Position numbers and translations under genes: made by a program
In this document: positions 40,751 to 51,300 of the stretch, one piece after another
How the letters are laid out: every line of letters starts with the position of its first letter
Numbering within the stretch: position 1 is the first letter of the stretch
Notes under the pieces: generated by a model
What the model was told of the DNA's origin: nothing
The model's database searches: none
The model's input: the letters and a program-made list of their open reading frames with translations, nothing else
NCBI GenBank assembly: GCA_963829055.1
Contig: CAWHHI010000015.1
Coordinates: forward strand, 1 to 54,768
Length of the DNA stretch: 54,768 bases
Direction of reading: 5' to 3'
From: an uncultured Gemmatimonadaceae bacterium
Lineage (GTDB): Bacteria > Gemmatimonadota > Gemmatimonadetes > Gemmatimonadales > Gemmatimonadaceae

Positions 40751-41037
40751 GACCCGCTCCCGCATTCGAGAGCAGTCACGTTACCGCCGCGACGCTCGAG
40801 ACAGAATAGCGAGACCCCACCTTCCAGGCCGCCGGTCGATCGGAGGAGCGTGCTATCCACCGAACGGTGGATACGGATCCGACTCATCGCCTGATGTTCG
40901 CGCTGCTTGGGCGCTGATACCATTGCTCCCACGTGAGGCGCACGTCGCCGGAAGCGCGCGGCGCCCACGAGCACTCATAGATCCAACTCTATTCACGCCG
41001 CACGTCGGCGTTCACGCTCTCCTAGAGGACGACTTCC

Positions 41038-41721
41038 ATGCCTAAGCTCCGCTCCCTCCGCACTTTCGTGCTATCGTCCCTCACGGTTGCCGCTACGTTG
41101 GCGACCGCGACCACCGCGTACGCCCAGAGCTGCCTTGGCCTCCCCATGCCGGGCAAGAACTACCTCGGCGCCGAACAGCGCGAGGCATGGACGGGCCATG
41201 GTCGCCAGACGCCGGTGTACGGCGGTCGGTATGCCCACAGCTTCGACGCCGGCAACGGTGTCGGCGTGATCGCCAGCATCGGCGGCGGTGGCGGCGGGAT
41301 GCAGGGCGACACGTCCGCCATACACGTGTCGGGCATGTTGTCGACGAGCGTGCAGCCCGCGGGGACGGCTCTCTCGTTGTGCGCTGGTGCCGGCTTCGAA
41401 GCGCAGGCGGTCGACTATCCGGGCGAGAGCAAGAACGACGCAGACGCATTCGGCTCGGTTCCCGTGAGCCTCGGCATTGGGTACGACGTGCACGTCGGTC
41501 AGATGACGGTCACCCCATTCGCCGCTCCGACGCTCGCGTACTACCAGTTCGAGAGCGACAACGTCAAGAACGGCGCACGTCAGCGCGGCTTCGACTCGTA
41601 CGTGACGATGGGCGCTACGGCCTCCATCAGCCGCTTCTCGGTTGGGGCGAGTTATCGGAATGGTGATCGGTCGATCGGGCAGTCGGGCCGATTCGCGTTC
41701 AACACCGGCATCAACTTCTGA
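41038..41721 (+). CDS. Secreted, probable outer-membrane beta-barrel protein
   Basis: Signal peptide AYA-Q; amphipathic strands; C-terminal Phe. Confidence 0.6.
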   Translation: MPKLRSLRTFVLSSLTVAATLATATTAYAQSCLGLPMPGKNYLGAEQREAWTGHGRQTPVYGGRYAHSFDAGNGVGVIASIGGGGGGMQGDTSAIHVSGMLSTSVQPAGTALSLCAGAGFEAQAVDYPGESKNDADAFGSVPVSLGIGYDVHVGQMTVTPFAAPTLAYYQFESDNVKNGARQRGFDSYVTMGATASISRFSVGASYRNGDRSIGQSGRFAFNTGINF

Positions 41722-41856
41722 GACTGCTTCGAGACCCACCAATAGGATCGAAGGCGCGGTCGGGCCAGCCGAACGGATAGCGAGCGCTAACCGGACGGAA
41801 TTCCTGACCGCGCCTTTCGACGGATCGAAGCAACGACGTTGCGACCGACGCCCCGC

Positions 41857-42210
41857 TCACACTCGTGCACGCTGGGCGCTAACAGCTGTCACGGTCGCCC
41901 GAGGGGTCTCGCGAATCGATTTGTTAGGCAGGTCGGGAGCGTTAGGCACCGCCCGCGCACGATCGGCCATCCCGTACGCGGCGGAGTAGACGGGCTGGCC
42001 GTCCCTGGCTACCAGCACGACGCCGGAGAACGCGCCGGCACGCGCACGCGCGTCGAGCCATGGCCCGAGCTCGCGGCGGAGCCGGTCGCCGAGCGTGTCG
42101 GCGGACGCGGTGATCGCGGGGGAGAGCAGGGCGGGCCGTTCGACCGAGGTGGGTGACGACGCGCCGCCCAGCAGTGTGGCGGCGAAGGGAACGAAGACGT
42201 AGTGTCGCAT
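41857..42210 (-). pseudogene. N-terminal fragment of a beta-lactamase-family serine hydrolase
   Basis: FSGVVLVARDGQPVY..AYGMADR...PN; breaks off before the SxxK motif. Confidence 0.7.
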
Positions 42211-42361
42211 GGGCTTGGGCGAGTGACCGCGGGTGACAGGGAAGTAGGGCGTACGCGGCGCGCACGAGCCTACGCCTCACCAGCAGACACCGCCCGGGGA
42301 TAGATTGTGAGTCAGGCACCCGCGGTGGCTGAACGACCCATCGCCCTTCAATCGGTCCGTC

Positions 42362-43514
42362 ATGTATTTCAAGCAAATCCTGGATGAGCGCTGCGGCTGC
42401 GCCTCATACCTGATCGCCTCGCGGCAGTCGCACGAGGCCGCGATCGTCGATCCGTCCATCGACACCGCGCAGTACGAGCCGCTGCTGCGAGAGCGCGGCT
42501 TCACGCTGCGCTACGTGATCGACACGCACGTCCATGCCGACCACGTGTCCGGCGCACGGCGGCTCGTCGCCGACTATGGCGCCGAGCTGTGTCTGCACGA
42601 GTCAGCCAGAGTGACGTATCCGTTCCGGCCGCTCGCCAACGGCGAAGAGCTTCCGCTCGGTCAGCTCAGGCTGCGCATCCTGCACACGCCCGGGCACCGG
42701 CCGGAGCTCATCTCCGTTCTCGTCGTGAATCCACAGCGCAGCCCCGAGCCGTCGATGGTGCTGACTGGCGATTCTCTGCTCGTCGGCGACGTCGGCCGCC
42801 CCGACTTCGGCGGCGGTGACGCGTCCGCGCAATTCGAGAGCATGTCCAAGCTGCTCCGTCTGCCGGACTGGGTCGCGGTCTTTCCGGGACACTTCGAGGG
42901 CCCGTGCGGAAAGGGCATGTGCGGCCGCCCGAGCACGACGATCGGCTTCGAGCGGCTGTACAGTCCGCTGCTGCACATGGACCGCGACCCGTTCGTGGCC
43001 ACGCTCAACAACGGCATCCCGGCCCGTCCGCTGAACATGACGGCGATCGAGGCGACGAACCGCGGCGTCGCCGACATGCCGTGGGCGATGCTGACCTCAT
43101 CGCCCGAGGTGGAGGAAGTCGGCATCGATGCGGTCGACGCCGCGCCTAACGCGGTGCTGCTCGACGTGCGCGAGCCGGAGGAGTTCGCGCGTGGTCACGT
43201 GCAACGCGCGGTGAACATCCCGCAGGCGGAGCTTGCGACGCGGCTCGAGGAGATACCGCGCGATCGTCCCGATCCTGACGATCTGTCAGACGGGGATGCG
43301 CTCGCTCCGTTCGGCGCAGTTCCTCCTGCAGCAGGGGTTCGATCACGTGTCTTCGGTCGCCGGCGGGACGGCGGCGTGGCGAGCGGCGGGTCGTCCGGTA
43401 GAGGCAACGGAGGCAGACGGCGAGCCGCTGCGCATTACGGATTCCGAGTGGGCGCATGCCGGCGCGCTCAGGACGAGCACGTTGTCATCGTTGTCATCCC
43501 GAGGAACGCAGTGA
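42362..43514 (+). CDS. MBL-fold (persulfide dioxygenase-like) plus rhodanese fusion (frameshift near 43268)
   Basis: DTHVHADHVSG, TPGH, TGDSL.VGDVGRPD, PGH; LLDVREPEEF..GH, CQTGMRS, GG..AW. Confidence 0.88.
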
Positions 43515-43597
43515 CGAGGGACCTTCTGTGATGTCATCGTAGCCAGTCCAGCCACGATGACCGTCAAGAAGGTCCCTCGCTGACGCTCGGGATGACA
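43492..43597. repeat. GTCATCCCGAG palindromic repeat, full copy
   Basis: tgtcatcccgag...gagggaccttct...agaaggtccctc...ctcgggatgaca. Confidence 0.85.
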
Positions 43598-43652
43598 CGG
43601 CTTTTCCTACCGCCCTGCCTCCTTCCTAAGGCCTCCTTCCCAAGGCCCAGAG

Positions 43653-44936
43653 ATGACCATCACTCGTCGCGATCTTCTGGCTGGTGCAGCGGCCGCCGTA
43701 GGTACCGCCGCCGCCCGCGCCCTCACCGCGCAGTTGCCATCGGGGAGCATCATGCCACACGCGCCCGCTATTCGTCCGCCGGATTTCCCGCGGAAGGCCG
43801 ACTTCGCCATCCCCGCCGGCCTCACGTACATCAACGGTGCGTACACGCATCCCATGCCCGTCGCCGCGGCGGCCGCCATGCGCCGGTATGCGGACGCGCG
43901 CGCGTCGTTCCAGACCGATGACGTGACCGCGGGTACGGTGAGCGCCGGCGTCAAAGCCGCGTTCGCGCGACTCATCAACGCGAAGCCGTCGGAGATCAGC
44001 TACGTCCCGAACACGAGCACCGGCGAGAACCTCGTCGTGAACGGGCTCGAGATCGCGGAGCAGGCGCGCAACGGCATCAACGTCGTGACCGACGCGCTGC
44101 ACTTCGACGGATCCATCCTCAACCTGCAGCTGCTGAAGCGCGATCGCGGGCTCGATCTGCGCATCGTCATGCCGCGCGACAACGGCTCGCGCATCGACCT
44201 CCGCGACATGGAGAAGGTCATCGACCGCAAGACGAAGCTCGTCGAGATCTCGCTCGTCGCGATGTACAACGGGTTCCAGCACGATCTCAAAGCCGTGTGC
44301 GATCTCGCGCACGCGAACGGCGCGTACGTCTACGCCGACATCATCCAGGCCGCGGGCGCGTCACCGATCGACGTGAAAGCGACCGGCGTCGACTTCGCCG
44401 CCTGCGCGAGCTTCAAGTGGTTGATGGCCGACTTCGGTCTGGGATTCCTGTACGCGAAGGAGGAGTTGCTCGATCGCGTCATCCATCGCTCGCAGCGCGG
44501 CTACCACTCGTCGCGCGACATCGTGACGCACTTCCTCCCGTACGACCCGCCGGCCCCGACGCCATTCACGTGGGAGCTCGGCACCGATGCGAGCTCGTAC
44601 TTCGAGGTCGGCAGCAACGCGTGGGGCCCCATCTCGGCACTGAGCCAGTCGCTGCCGTACATCGAGCAACTCGGCGTCGCGAACATCGAGGCGTGGCGTC
44701 AGCCGATGCTCGCGCGACTGCGTGAAGAGATGCCGCGACTCGGCTTCACTCCCGTGACGCCGGCAGGCACACGCTCGGCGCTCATCACGTTCACGTTCAA
44801 GGACCGCGCGCCCGTGGTCGAGAAGCTGAGGAAGGCGAACGTCAACGTGCGCGTCGGCCAGAACTTCATCCGCCTGTCGCCGTCGGTCTACAACGACATG
44901 GGCGACGTCGATCGACTGCTCGGGGCGCTCGCCTAA
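43653..44936 (+). CDS. Class V aminotransferase / cysteine desulfurase-like PLP enzyme with Tat signal
   Basis: TRRDLL Tat motif; NTSTG, ADIIQAAG, ASFKWL, IRLSPSVYN. Confidence 0.88.
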   Translation: MTITRRDLLAGAAAAVGTAAARALTAQLPSGSIMPHAPAIRPPDFPRKADFAIPAGLTYINGAYTHPMPVAAAAAMRRYADARASFQTDDVTAGTVSAGVKAAFARLINAKPSEISYVPNTSTGENLVVNGLEIAEQARNGINVVTDALHFDGSILNLQLLKRDRGLDLRIVMPRDNGSRIDLRDMEKVIDRKTKLVEISLVAMYNGFQHDLKAVCDLAHANGAYVYADIIQAAGASPIDVKATGVDFAACASFKWLMADFGLGFLYAKEELLDRVIHRSQRGYHSSRDIVTHFLPYDPPAPTPFTWELGTDASSYFEVGSNAWGPISALSQSLPYIEQLGVANIEAWRQPMLARLREEMPRLGFTPVTPAGTRSALITFTFKDRAPVVEKLRKANVNVRVGQNFIRLSPSVYNDMGDVDRLLGALA

Positions 44937-45226
44937 CGCGGCGACGCTCTCGGGCCAACGTGAAATCACCGCGGGACGTGGAGTGCGCCGGCAGCCTCGG
45001 CAAGCATCTCAGACGAAGGCGAGCGGATGCGGGAATCGAACTGATTGATTCCGTGAACAGGCGGAGGCTCCTGACGAGCCGCTAATGTGGTGCGGTACGC
45101 CGAACTGTCGTTACTCGGAGTCATCCGGCCGATCCGGCGCATCCGTTCGCGTCTTCGCTGACGCTCGGGATGACCGACAACGCCCGCCCCTCACGTTTCG
45201 TCCCCGGCCGGTGTCCCTTTACTGGC

Positions 45227-45490
45227 GTGGCGACCGAGCAGAGCGACGAAGACCTCGTTCACCGCACGTTGGCGGGGGAACAGAACGCGTTTGCGGACCT
45301 GGTGCGCCGGTACCGGCGCGCCGCACTCGCGCGGGCGCTCGCCATCCTCGGCGACCCCGCCGAGGCCGACGACATTGCGCAGGAGGCCTTCGTGCACGCC
45401 TACGAACAGCTCGCCACCTGCCGTCAGCCCGCCCGGTTCGCTGCGTGGCTCCTCACCATCGTGCATCGACGGTCGCTGAACCGGCGATGA
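45227..45490 (+). pseudogene. Truncated ECF sigma factor (region 2 only)
   Basis: SDEDLV.....AF..LV.RY...ADDIAQEAF..AY..L...F.AWLL.I then stop; region 4 absent. Confidence 0.65.
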
Positions 45491-45515
45491 AGCACCTGGC
45501 GCGAGGGACCTGTTC

Positions 45516-45974
45516 CTAGTCCCCAGTCCCCAGGGCCGAGTCCCGATTGACGTCCTTCGCGTACACCCCTTTGTACTTACTGACCTCGCTCCGCTCACGG
45601 TCGAGCTCAGGGATGTGGCGCGGGAGGAAGCCGTACTTGCCGAAGAACTCCTCGTCGTTGCTGACGGCGAACACCGTCCGGTAACCACGACGACGCGCGA
45701 GGTCTTCGACCGCCGCGACCAGCGAGCGCCCGACACCCATCCCCTGCGCATCCGGTGCCACCGCCAGCGAACGCAACTCGGCGAGACTCGGCGCATACTC
45801 GTCGAGGTGCGCACAGCCGACCACGCGCCCGCGGCGGATCGCGACGACGAAGTGGTCGGCATGCGAGGCGATGAAGTCCTCCGACCGCGGAAGGAGTGTT
45901 CCGTCAGCGACGTAGAGGTCGATCAGCGCGCGGATCGCTGGGGCGTCCCGCTCGATGGCGCGGCGGATTTCCAT
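45516..45974 (-). CDS. GNAT acetyltransferase (short ArgA-like)
   Basis: GTLLPRS, LAELRSLAV...QGMGVGRSLV, EFFGKYGF. Confidence 0.85.
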   Translation of the reverse strand: MEIRRAIERDAPAIRALIDLYVADGTLLPRSEDFIASHADHFVVAIRRGRVVGCAHLDEYAPSLAELRSLAVAPDAQGMGVGRSLVAAVEDLARRRGYRTVFAVSNDEEFFGKYGFLPRHIPELDRERSEVSKYKGVYAKDVNRDSALGTGD

Positions 45975-46053
45975 GGGCACGAACGGGGCAGACGTCGACG
46001 GGCGGAGAGCGGTGCAATCTATCTGAAACGAGAGCCGCCGGTATGTTCCCGAC

Positions 46054-46569
46054 ATGACTGTCCCGCCGTCGCCCACCTCGGCTGCGTCCGCGTTCGTCAT
46101 CCGCCCTCTCGCCACCGACGACGAAGCTCGCGTCTGCGCCGAGATCATGTCGACCACCGAACCATGGCTGACGTTCGGTAGATCCTTCCAGCAGTCGCTG
46201 GAGATCCTGCGCGACCCCGCTCGCGAGGTGTACGTCGCGCTCGACGCGCCTGAGGGCGTCGCGTCAGGCGTCGCGGGATTCGCGATCCTGGTCATGGGTG
46301 GTGCCTTCGTCGGCTACATCCAGTCCCTCGCCGTCCGCGACGCCTGGCGAGGTCGCGGCCTCGGCACGGCCCTCATCGCGTTCGCCGAGCGGCGGATCCT
46401 CCGCGAGACGCCTAACGTGTTCATCTGCGTGTCGTCGTTCAACCCAGGCGCTCGGCGTCTCTACGAGCGGCTGGGGTACCAGGTCGTGGGCGAGCTACGG
46501 ACTACATGGTTCGCGGCCATTCGGAGATCCTGCTCCGGAAGACGACCGGCCCGCTGGCGGAGCACGTGA
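46054..46569 (+). CDS. GNAT acetyltransferase (3' frameshift near 46500)
   Basis: YIQSLAV...RGRGLG..L, VSSFN..A.RLYERLGY. Confidence 0.85.
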   Translation: MTVPPSPTSAASAFVIRPLATDDEARVCAEIMSTTEPWLTFGRSFQQSLEILRDPAREVYVALDAPEGVASGVAGFAILVMGGAFVGYIQSLAVRDAWRGRGLGTALIAFAERRILRETPNVFICVSSFNPGARRLYERLGYQVVGELRTTWFAAIRRSCSGRRPARWRST

Positions 46570-46570
46570 G

Positions 46571-46975
46571 TGTCATCTCGAGCGGAGGAATTGTCATCCC
46601 GAGGAGCGCCCAGAGCCTGCCCTGAGGAGCGCAGCGACGAAGGGAGGGACCTTCTGTGATGTCATCGTAGCCGGCCTGCCCACGAGTACTTCACACAAGG
46701 TCCTCGCTGACGCTCGGGATGAGCACAACAACAAGCAGGACAGGATTGCAGGATTGGCAGGACTCCGGGCGGGCGGATCGCGACCATCCCTCGAGACGTC
46801 TCTTCAATCCTGCCAATCCTGGCCATCCTGTCTCTTGCCGTTGCCGTGCCGTTTGCTGTTGTCCTGTCGGCTCGGCAGCGAATCGAGGTGCGTCAGGAAT
46901 CGGCTGTGATTTCATCGTCGCTGGTCCGGCCACGATCACGTCAGAGAAGGTCCCTCGCTGCCGCTCGGGATGACA
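46571..46975. repeat. Cluster of GTCATYCCGAG repeats plus a CAGGATT/AATCCTG inverted repeat (46738-46832)
   Basis: tgtcatcccgag 46592...ctcgggatga 46722; gacaggattgcaggattggcagga versus aatcctgccaatcctggccatcctgtc; extra right arm ending 46975. Confidence 0.8.
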
Positions 46976-47125
46976 ATGCCGAGGCTCGGGACGCCACTGG
47001 TGCCGCGCGTAATGAAGATCGGTTCGTCACAGAACTCTACCGGGATCGCGCGCGGTGCCTCACGTTCGCGCGGTGCCTCACGTTCAATTTGCCGCTACGA
47101 TGTGAACGCTCCAGTCCGGGCCCTC

Positions 47126-47875
47126 ATGCAACGATCGATCGTCGTCACAGCCGTGATGTTGGCCACCGCACTCGCGGCGGACGCGGCGCACGCCCAGTTC
47201 CCACCGGAACGCGCGACGAACCTCAAGGTGCTGCCGACGAGCATCTCCATGGATTCGCTCGTCAACACGATGGCCGGTTTCACTCGCGCGCTCGGTGTGC
47301 GGTGCGGCTACTGCCACGTCGGCCCCGAAGGCGGGTCACTCGATCAGTACGAGTTCGCGAAGGATGAGAAGGCGACCAAGGAGAAGGCCCGCGCGATGCT
47401 GCGTATGGTCGCCGCGATCAACGACGATCATCTCGCGAAGCTCGCGATGCGACGCACGCCGCCGATTTCCGTGACGTGCGCGACCTGTCACCGCGGCATA
47501 GCGCAGCCCCGCCCACTGCAGCAAGTCCTGCTCGGTGCCTACGACGCCGGAGGAACGGATTCGCTCGTCAACGCGTACCGTGCGCTTCGCGCGCGCTACT
47601 ACGGTGCCGCGGCGTACGATTTTGGCGAGGTCCCCCTCGCGGACGTCGCGTCATCGATCGGCGAGCGCGGCAAGCTGGCGGACGCCGTCCGCATCCACGT
47701 GCTCAACACGGAGATGTCTCCGACTTCCGGATTCGCGCTCCGCCAGGCATCAGCGGCACAGCTGGCGTTAGGCGACACCGTGGCCGCGATCGCGAGCCTC
47801 GAGCGTGCGCTGACGCTCAACCCTAACGATGGTCAGTCTAAACGGTCGCTGGACACGTTGCGGAAGAAACCGTGA
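47126..47875 (+). CDS. Diheme c-type cytochrome (reaction-centre cytochrome c-like fold) with TPR
   Basis: Signal peptide; NLKVLP, M..F..ALGVRCGYCH, K..AR.M..MV..IN, VTCATCHRG. Confidence 0.8.
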   Translation: MQRSIVVTAVMLATALAADAAHAQFPPERATNLKVLPTSISMDSLVNTMAGFTRALGVRCGYCHVGPEGGSLDQYEFAKDEKATKEKARAMLRMVAAINDDHLAKLAMRRTPPISVTCATCHRGIAQPRPLQQVLLGAYDAGGTDSLVNAYRALRARYYGAAAYDFGEVPLADVASSIGERGKLADAVRIHVLNTEMSPTSGFALRQASAAQLALGDTVAAIASLERALTLNPNDGQSKRSLDTLRKKP

Positions 47876-47920
47876 TGTGGGGGCGCGCTGACACCCCAGG
47901 GTCGGATCTATCTTCGAAGC

Positions 47921-48349
47921 CGAACTGCGGAACACAGAGCGCGCAGGCGCGCTTCGCGCGCGACGCAGAAAACTGCAATGCTGTCATTCCGAGGAGCGCG
48001 GGAACCCGCCGCAGGCGGGTGCATGACGAGGAAGCTTCTGTAACGTCATCGTAGCAATTCTGGCCACGATCACGTTCGAGAAGATCCCTCGCTGTCGCTC
48101 GGAATGACGCACACGACCTCGGGCAGGCAAATCCTGTCCCGAGGCTGTTACCCCTTTTCAAAAGTCTTGGCGCCCCGAGTCTGTCCCGAGCGGCTGCAGT
48201 TTTCTGCGTGTTCTGCGACGGCCGCGCAGCGGCCCTGCGCGCTCTGTGTTCCGCAGTTCGACGTCGCGTGCTCGACTCTGAGCCCCGGCGGTACTGGCTA
48301 CGATGACACCACAGAAGATCCCTCGTCGCTAGCGCTCCTCGGGATGACA
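47921..48349. repeat. Nested repeats: outer IR (47921-47977 / 48195-48260) enclosing a GTCATTCCGAG element (47982-48108), plus a right arm at 48315-48349
   Basis: cgaactgcggaacacagagcgcgcagg...acgcagaaaactgca versus tgcagttttctgcgt...cctgcgcgctctgtgttccgcagttcg. Confidence 0.85.
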
Positions 48350-48358
48350 CGGACCGGC

Positions 48359-51300
48359 TCAGCTCACGCGTTCGAGCGCGAGCGTGAACGTCGATCCCGT
48401 TCCAGGCTCGCTCTCCACCGTCAGCTCGCCACCCATGCCGCGCGCCAGGTCTCGGCTGATCGCCAATCCGAGCCCTGTCCCCTCCGCCGGCTGCGCGAGC
48501 GTACGATGCAACTGCACGAACGGCTCGAAGATCGCTCCCCGGCGATCGACCGGGATGCCGATGCCCGTATCACCCACGCGAATGTAGACTCGAGCCTCAT
48601 CGTGCTCGCACACGACGTGGACGCGACCACCCGGCGGCGTGAACTTCACCGCGTTCGCCAGAAGGTTCAGCAGCACCTGCCGAACCTTCTCGGCATCCGC
48701 GCGCGCGACGATGCTGCCGAACACGGGCTCGCACACGAACTCGAGTTGCTTGGCCGCGAGCTGTGGGCGGATGAGCGACTCGAGATCCCCGAGCAGCTCC
48801 GTCACCGGAACGTTCGTCACCCGATACTCGACGTGCCCCGCCTCGAGCCGCGCGAAATTCAGGATGTCGTTGATGACGCTCAGCAGGTGACGCTGACTGC
48901 GCATGATGCGACCGAGGTCCTCCTGCTGCTCGGACGTCGTCGGACCGCGGAGCCCAAGGCTCATCAACTCGGCGTATCCCGAGATCGCGTTGAGCGGCGT
49001 CCGGAGCTCGTGGCTCATCGTCGCGAGGAACTGCGTCTTGGCGCGATTCGCCTCCTCCGCCGCCTGCCGTGCGCTGTGCTCCGCTTCCAGTAACCGTACG
49101 CGCTCGAACGCCTGCGTCGCCTGATCGCCGATCGACGCGATGTAACCCCGCACGTCGTCGCTGAACACACGCCGCTCGTCGAAGCCTAACGCCACAGCAC
49201 CCAGCGGCTTGCCAGTGGACGCGATCAGCGGCAGCGCCGCCCACGCTTCCTGCGTGACCGTGCGCCCATCGGCAGGCCACGCGGGAAATCGCTGCTCGAA
49301 CGCGGCTCTGTCGGGGAGGAACACCGGCTCCTGCGAACGCACGACCTCGGCGAGCGGCGTCTCACTATCGATGGCGATACGATCGAACCGCCGGCGACTC
49401 CACGTCTCCACACCGCGCTCATCCATCATGACGAGCTCGGGCCGTCCGTCGCTCCCGTCCTCGACACGGTAGATGGCAACGCGCGGCGTGTGAACGATCT
49501 CGCGCAGGTTCGACACCACGACCCGTGCGATCTCCTGCTCGGAGTTTGCCTCGCCGAGCGCGGCCATGATCGCCTGCAGGCGTTCCGTGCGCTCGCGCGC
49601 GATCTGTTCCGCTTCGAACGCGAGCGCGCGGGCAAGCGCCTGACCGCACTGCGCGGCGAAGAGCTCCATGAACTCGCGCTCGTCGTCCGGGAGATCGCGT
49701 ACGTCCCTCCACGACAGCGTGATCAACGCTCGCACCTGGCTGTCGGTCGCGATCGGCAGCACGACGGCGGTCTGCGTGCCCGCCTGTTCGAAGTACGGCG
49801 CTGCCGCCGGATAGCGGGTGCGCGCATCGTCGAGCGATTCGATGAACACTCCGCGGGCGGTCGCGACGGCGTCTCGCGTGGCGGCGACGGTCGTGCGGAG
49901 CGAATACGACCGCCACGCCTGGAGCACGTCCGCGTCGTAGCCGAACGCGGCCACGAAGCGCGTCGTGTCGCCGTCCTCCTCGATGAGCGACACCGTACCC
50001 CGTTCCGCACCGAACGCTTCGGCTGCCTCGGCGAGTATTGTTTCGGCGACAGCCATCGCCGTCGCGGCACCAGTCAGCCGCGCCGTGAGTGCGTAGAGCC
50101 GATCGGCCACGCGCGCCGAGCGCTCGGCGCGCGCGCGCGCGGCAACGGCCTGGCGATGAAGCCGAGCATGTTCGACGGCCACCGCCGCCCGCCGCGCAAG
50201 CTCGATCGCGAGTGGCAGGTCACGCTCGGAGTATCGACGACCCGATTCCGCGGACACGAGTGTGAGCGCACCGACGGCTGTGTCGCCAACGACGAGCGGC
50301 ACGATCATGGCCGACCGGAGGCCGAGCGTCCGCGTTATGCGCAGATGCTCGTCGTCCACCGCGCCGGCAACGAGCATCTCGTCGGTGATCTCGCTGACGA
50401 GCTCGGGTCGACGCGTGCGCAACACGTTAGGCACGCCGGTCGTCGCGTCGGGTCGTGGCGGGTATCGTCGGTTGAGCTCCCGCGCCCACGTGACCTTCGT
50501 CGGATCGACGTGTGCCACCGCCAGCTGCCGAGGGGCGTCTCCGTCCTCGACGATGTGCACGGAGCACCAGTCGGCGAGCTGCGGCACGACGATCTGCGCG
50601 AGCTGCTCGAGCGTCGTCTCATAGTCCAGCGACGACCCCAGCACCTCGCTCGCGCGGCCGAGGTAATGCTCGGTCTCCTCGGCTCGCTTGCGGGCGGTGA
50701 CGTCCACCCATTGTGTCGCGAGACCGCCATCGGCGAGCGGAAAACACGATAGCGTCAGCCACTCGCCGCGTCCCGGATAGAACGCCTCGAACGTCACCGG
50801 GATCCGGTCGGCCGCCGCGCGACGCATCTCGCGCTCGAACGCCGTGCCGATGATGTCCGGATACACCTCCCACAGCACGCGCCCAATGGGTGGTTGATTC
50901 GAAGCGCGCGGCGACTGTCGGAAGACCGCGGCGGCAGCGTCGTTGATGAAGAGGAAGCGCCACTTGGCGTCATGCACGACGAACGGATGCGCGATGCTGT
51001 CGAGGATGCCCTTCGTGAACAGCTCGGCCGCTTCAGCCGCGGCAGTCCGATCAGCAAGCTCCTCGGTGGACTGCTCGAGCTCCTCTGAGAGTGCCTGCGA
51101 TTCCTCGAGCTGCTGTTCCAGCTCCATCGCCTGCGACTCGAGCTCGTGGGCAAGCTCCGCGTTCTGAGCCGCTGCCATAGCCGCGGAGCGACGAGCGGTT
51201 CGCGCCGCCGTCGTGAGCATCGAGACGGCGGTGGACGCGAATAGAAACGCCGCGAGTGGAACGAGATCTTCGGGAGTGGCCAGCGCGATCTTACCTGGCG

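Noticed and set aside
47126..47875. Evidence of a photosynthesis gene cluster (pufC)
   Set aside because: Only two hemes plus a TPR, and no puf, bch or crt genes nearby.
21579..48349. Recurrent palindromes as a CRISPR array
   Set aside because: Dispersed, variable in length, no repeat-spacer periodicity, no cas genes.
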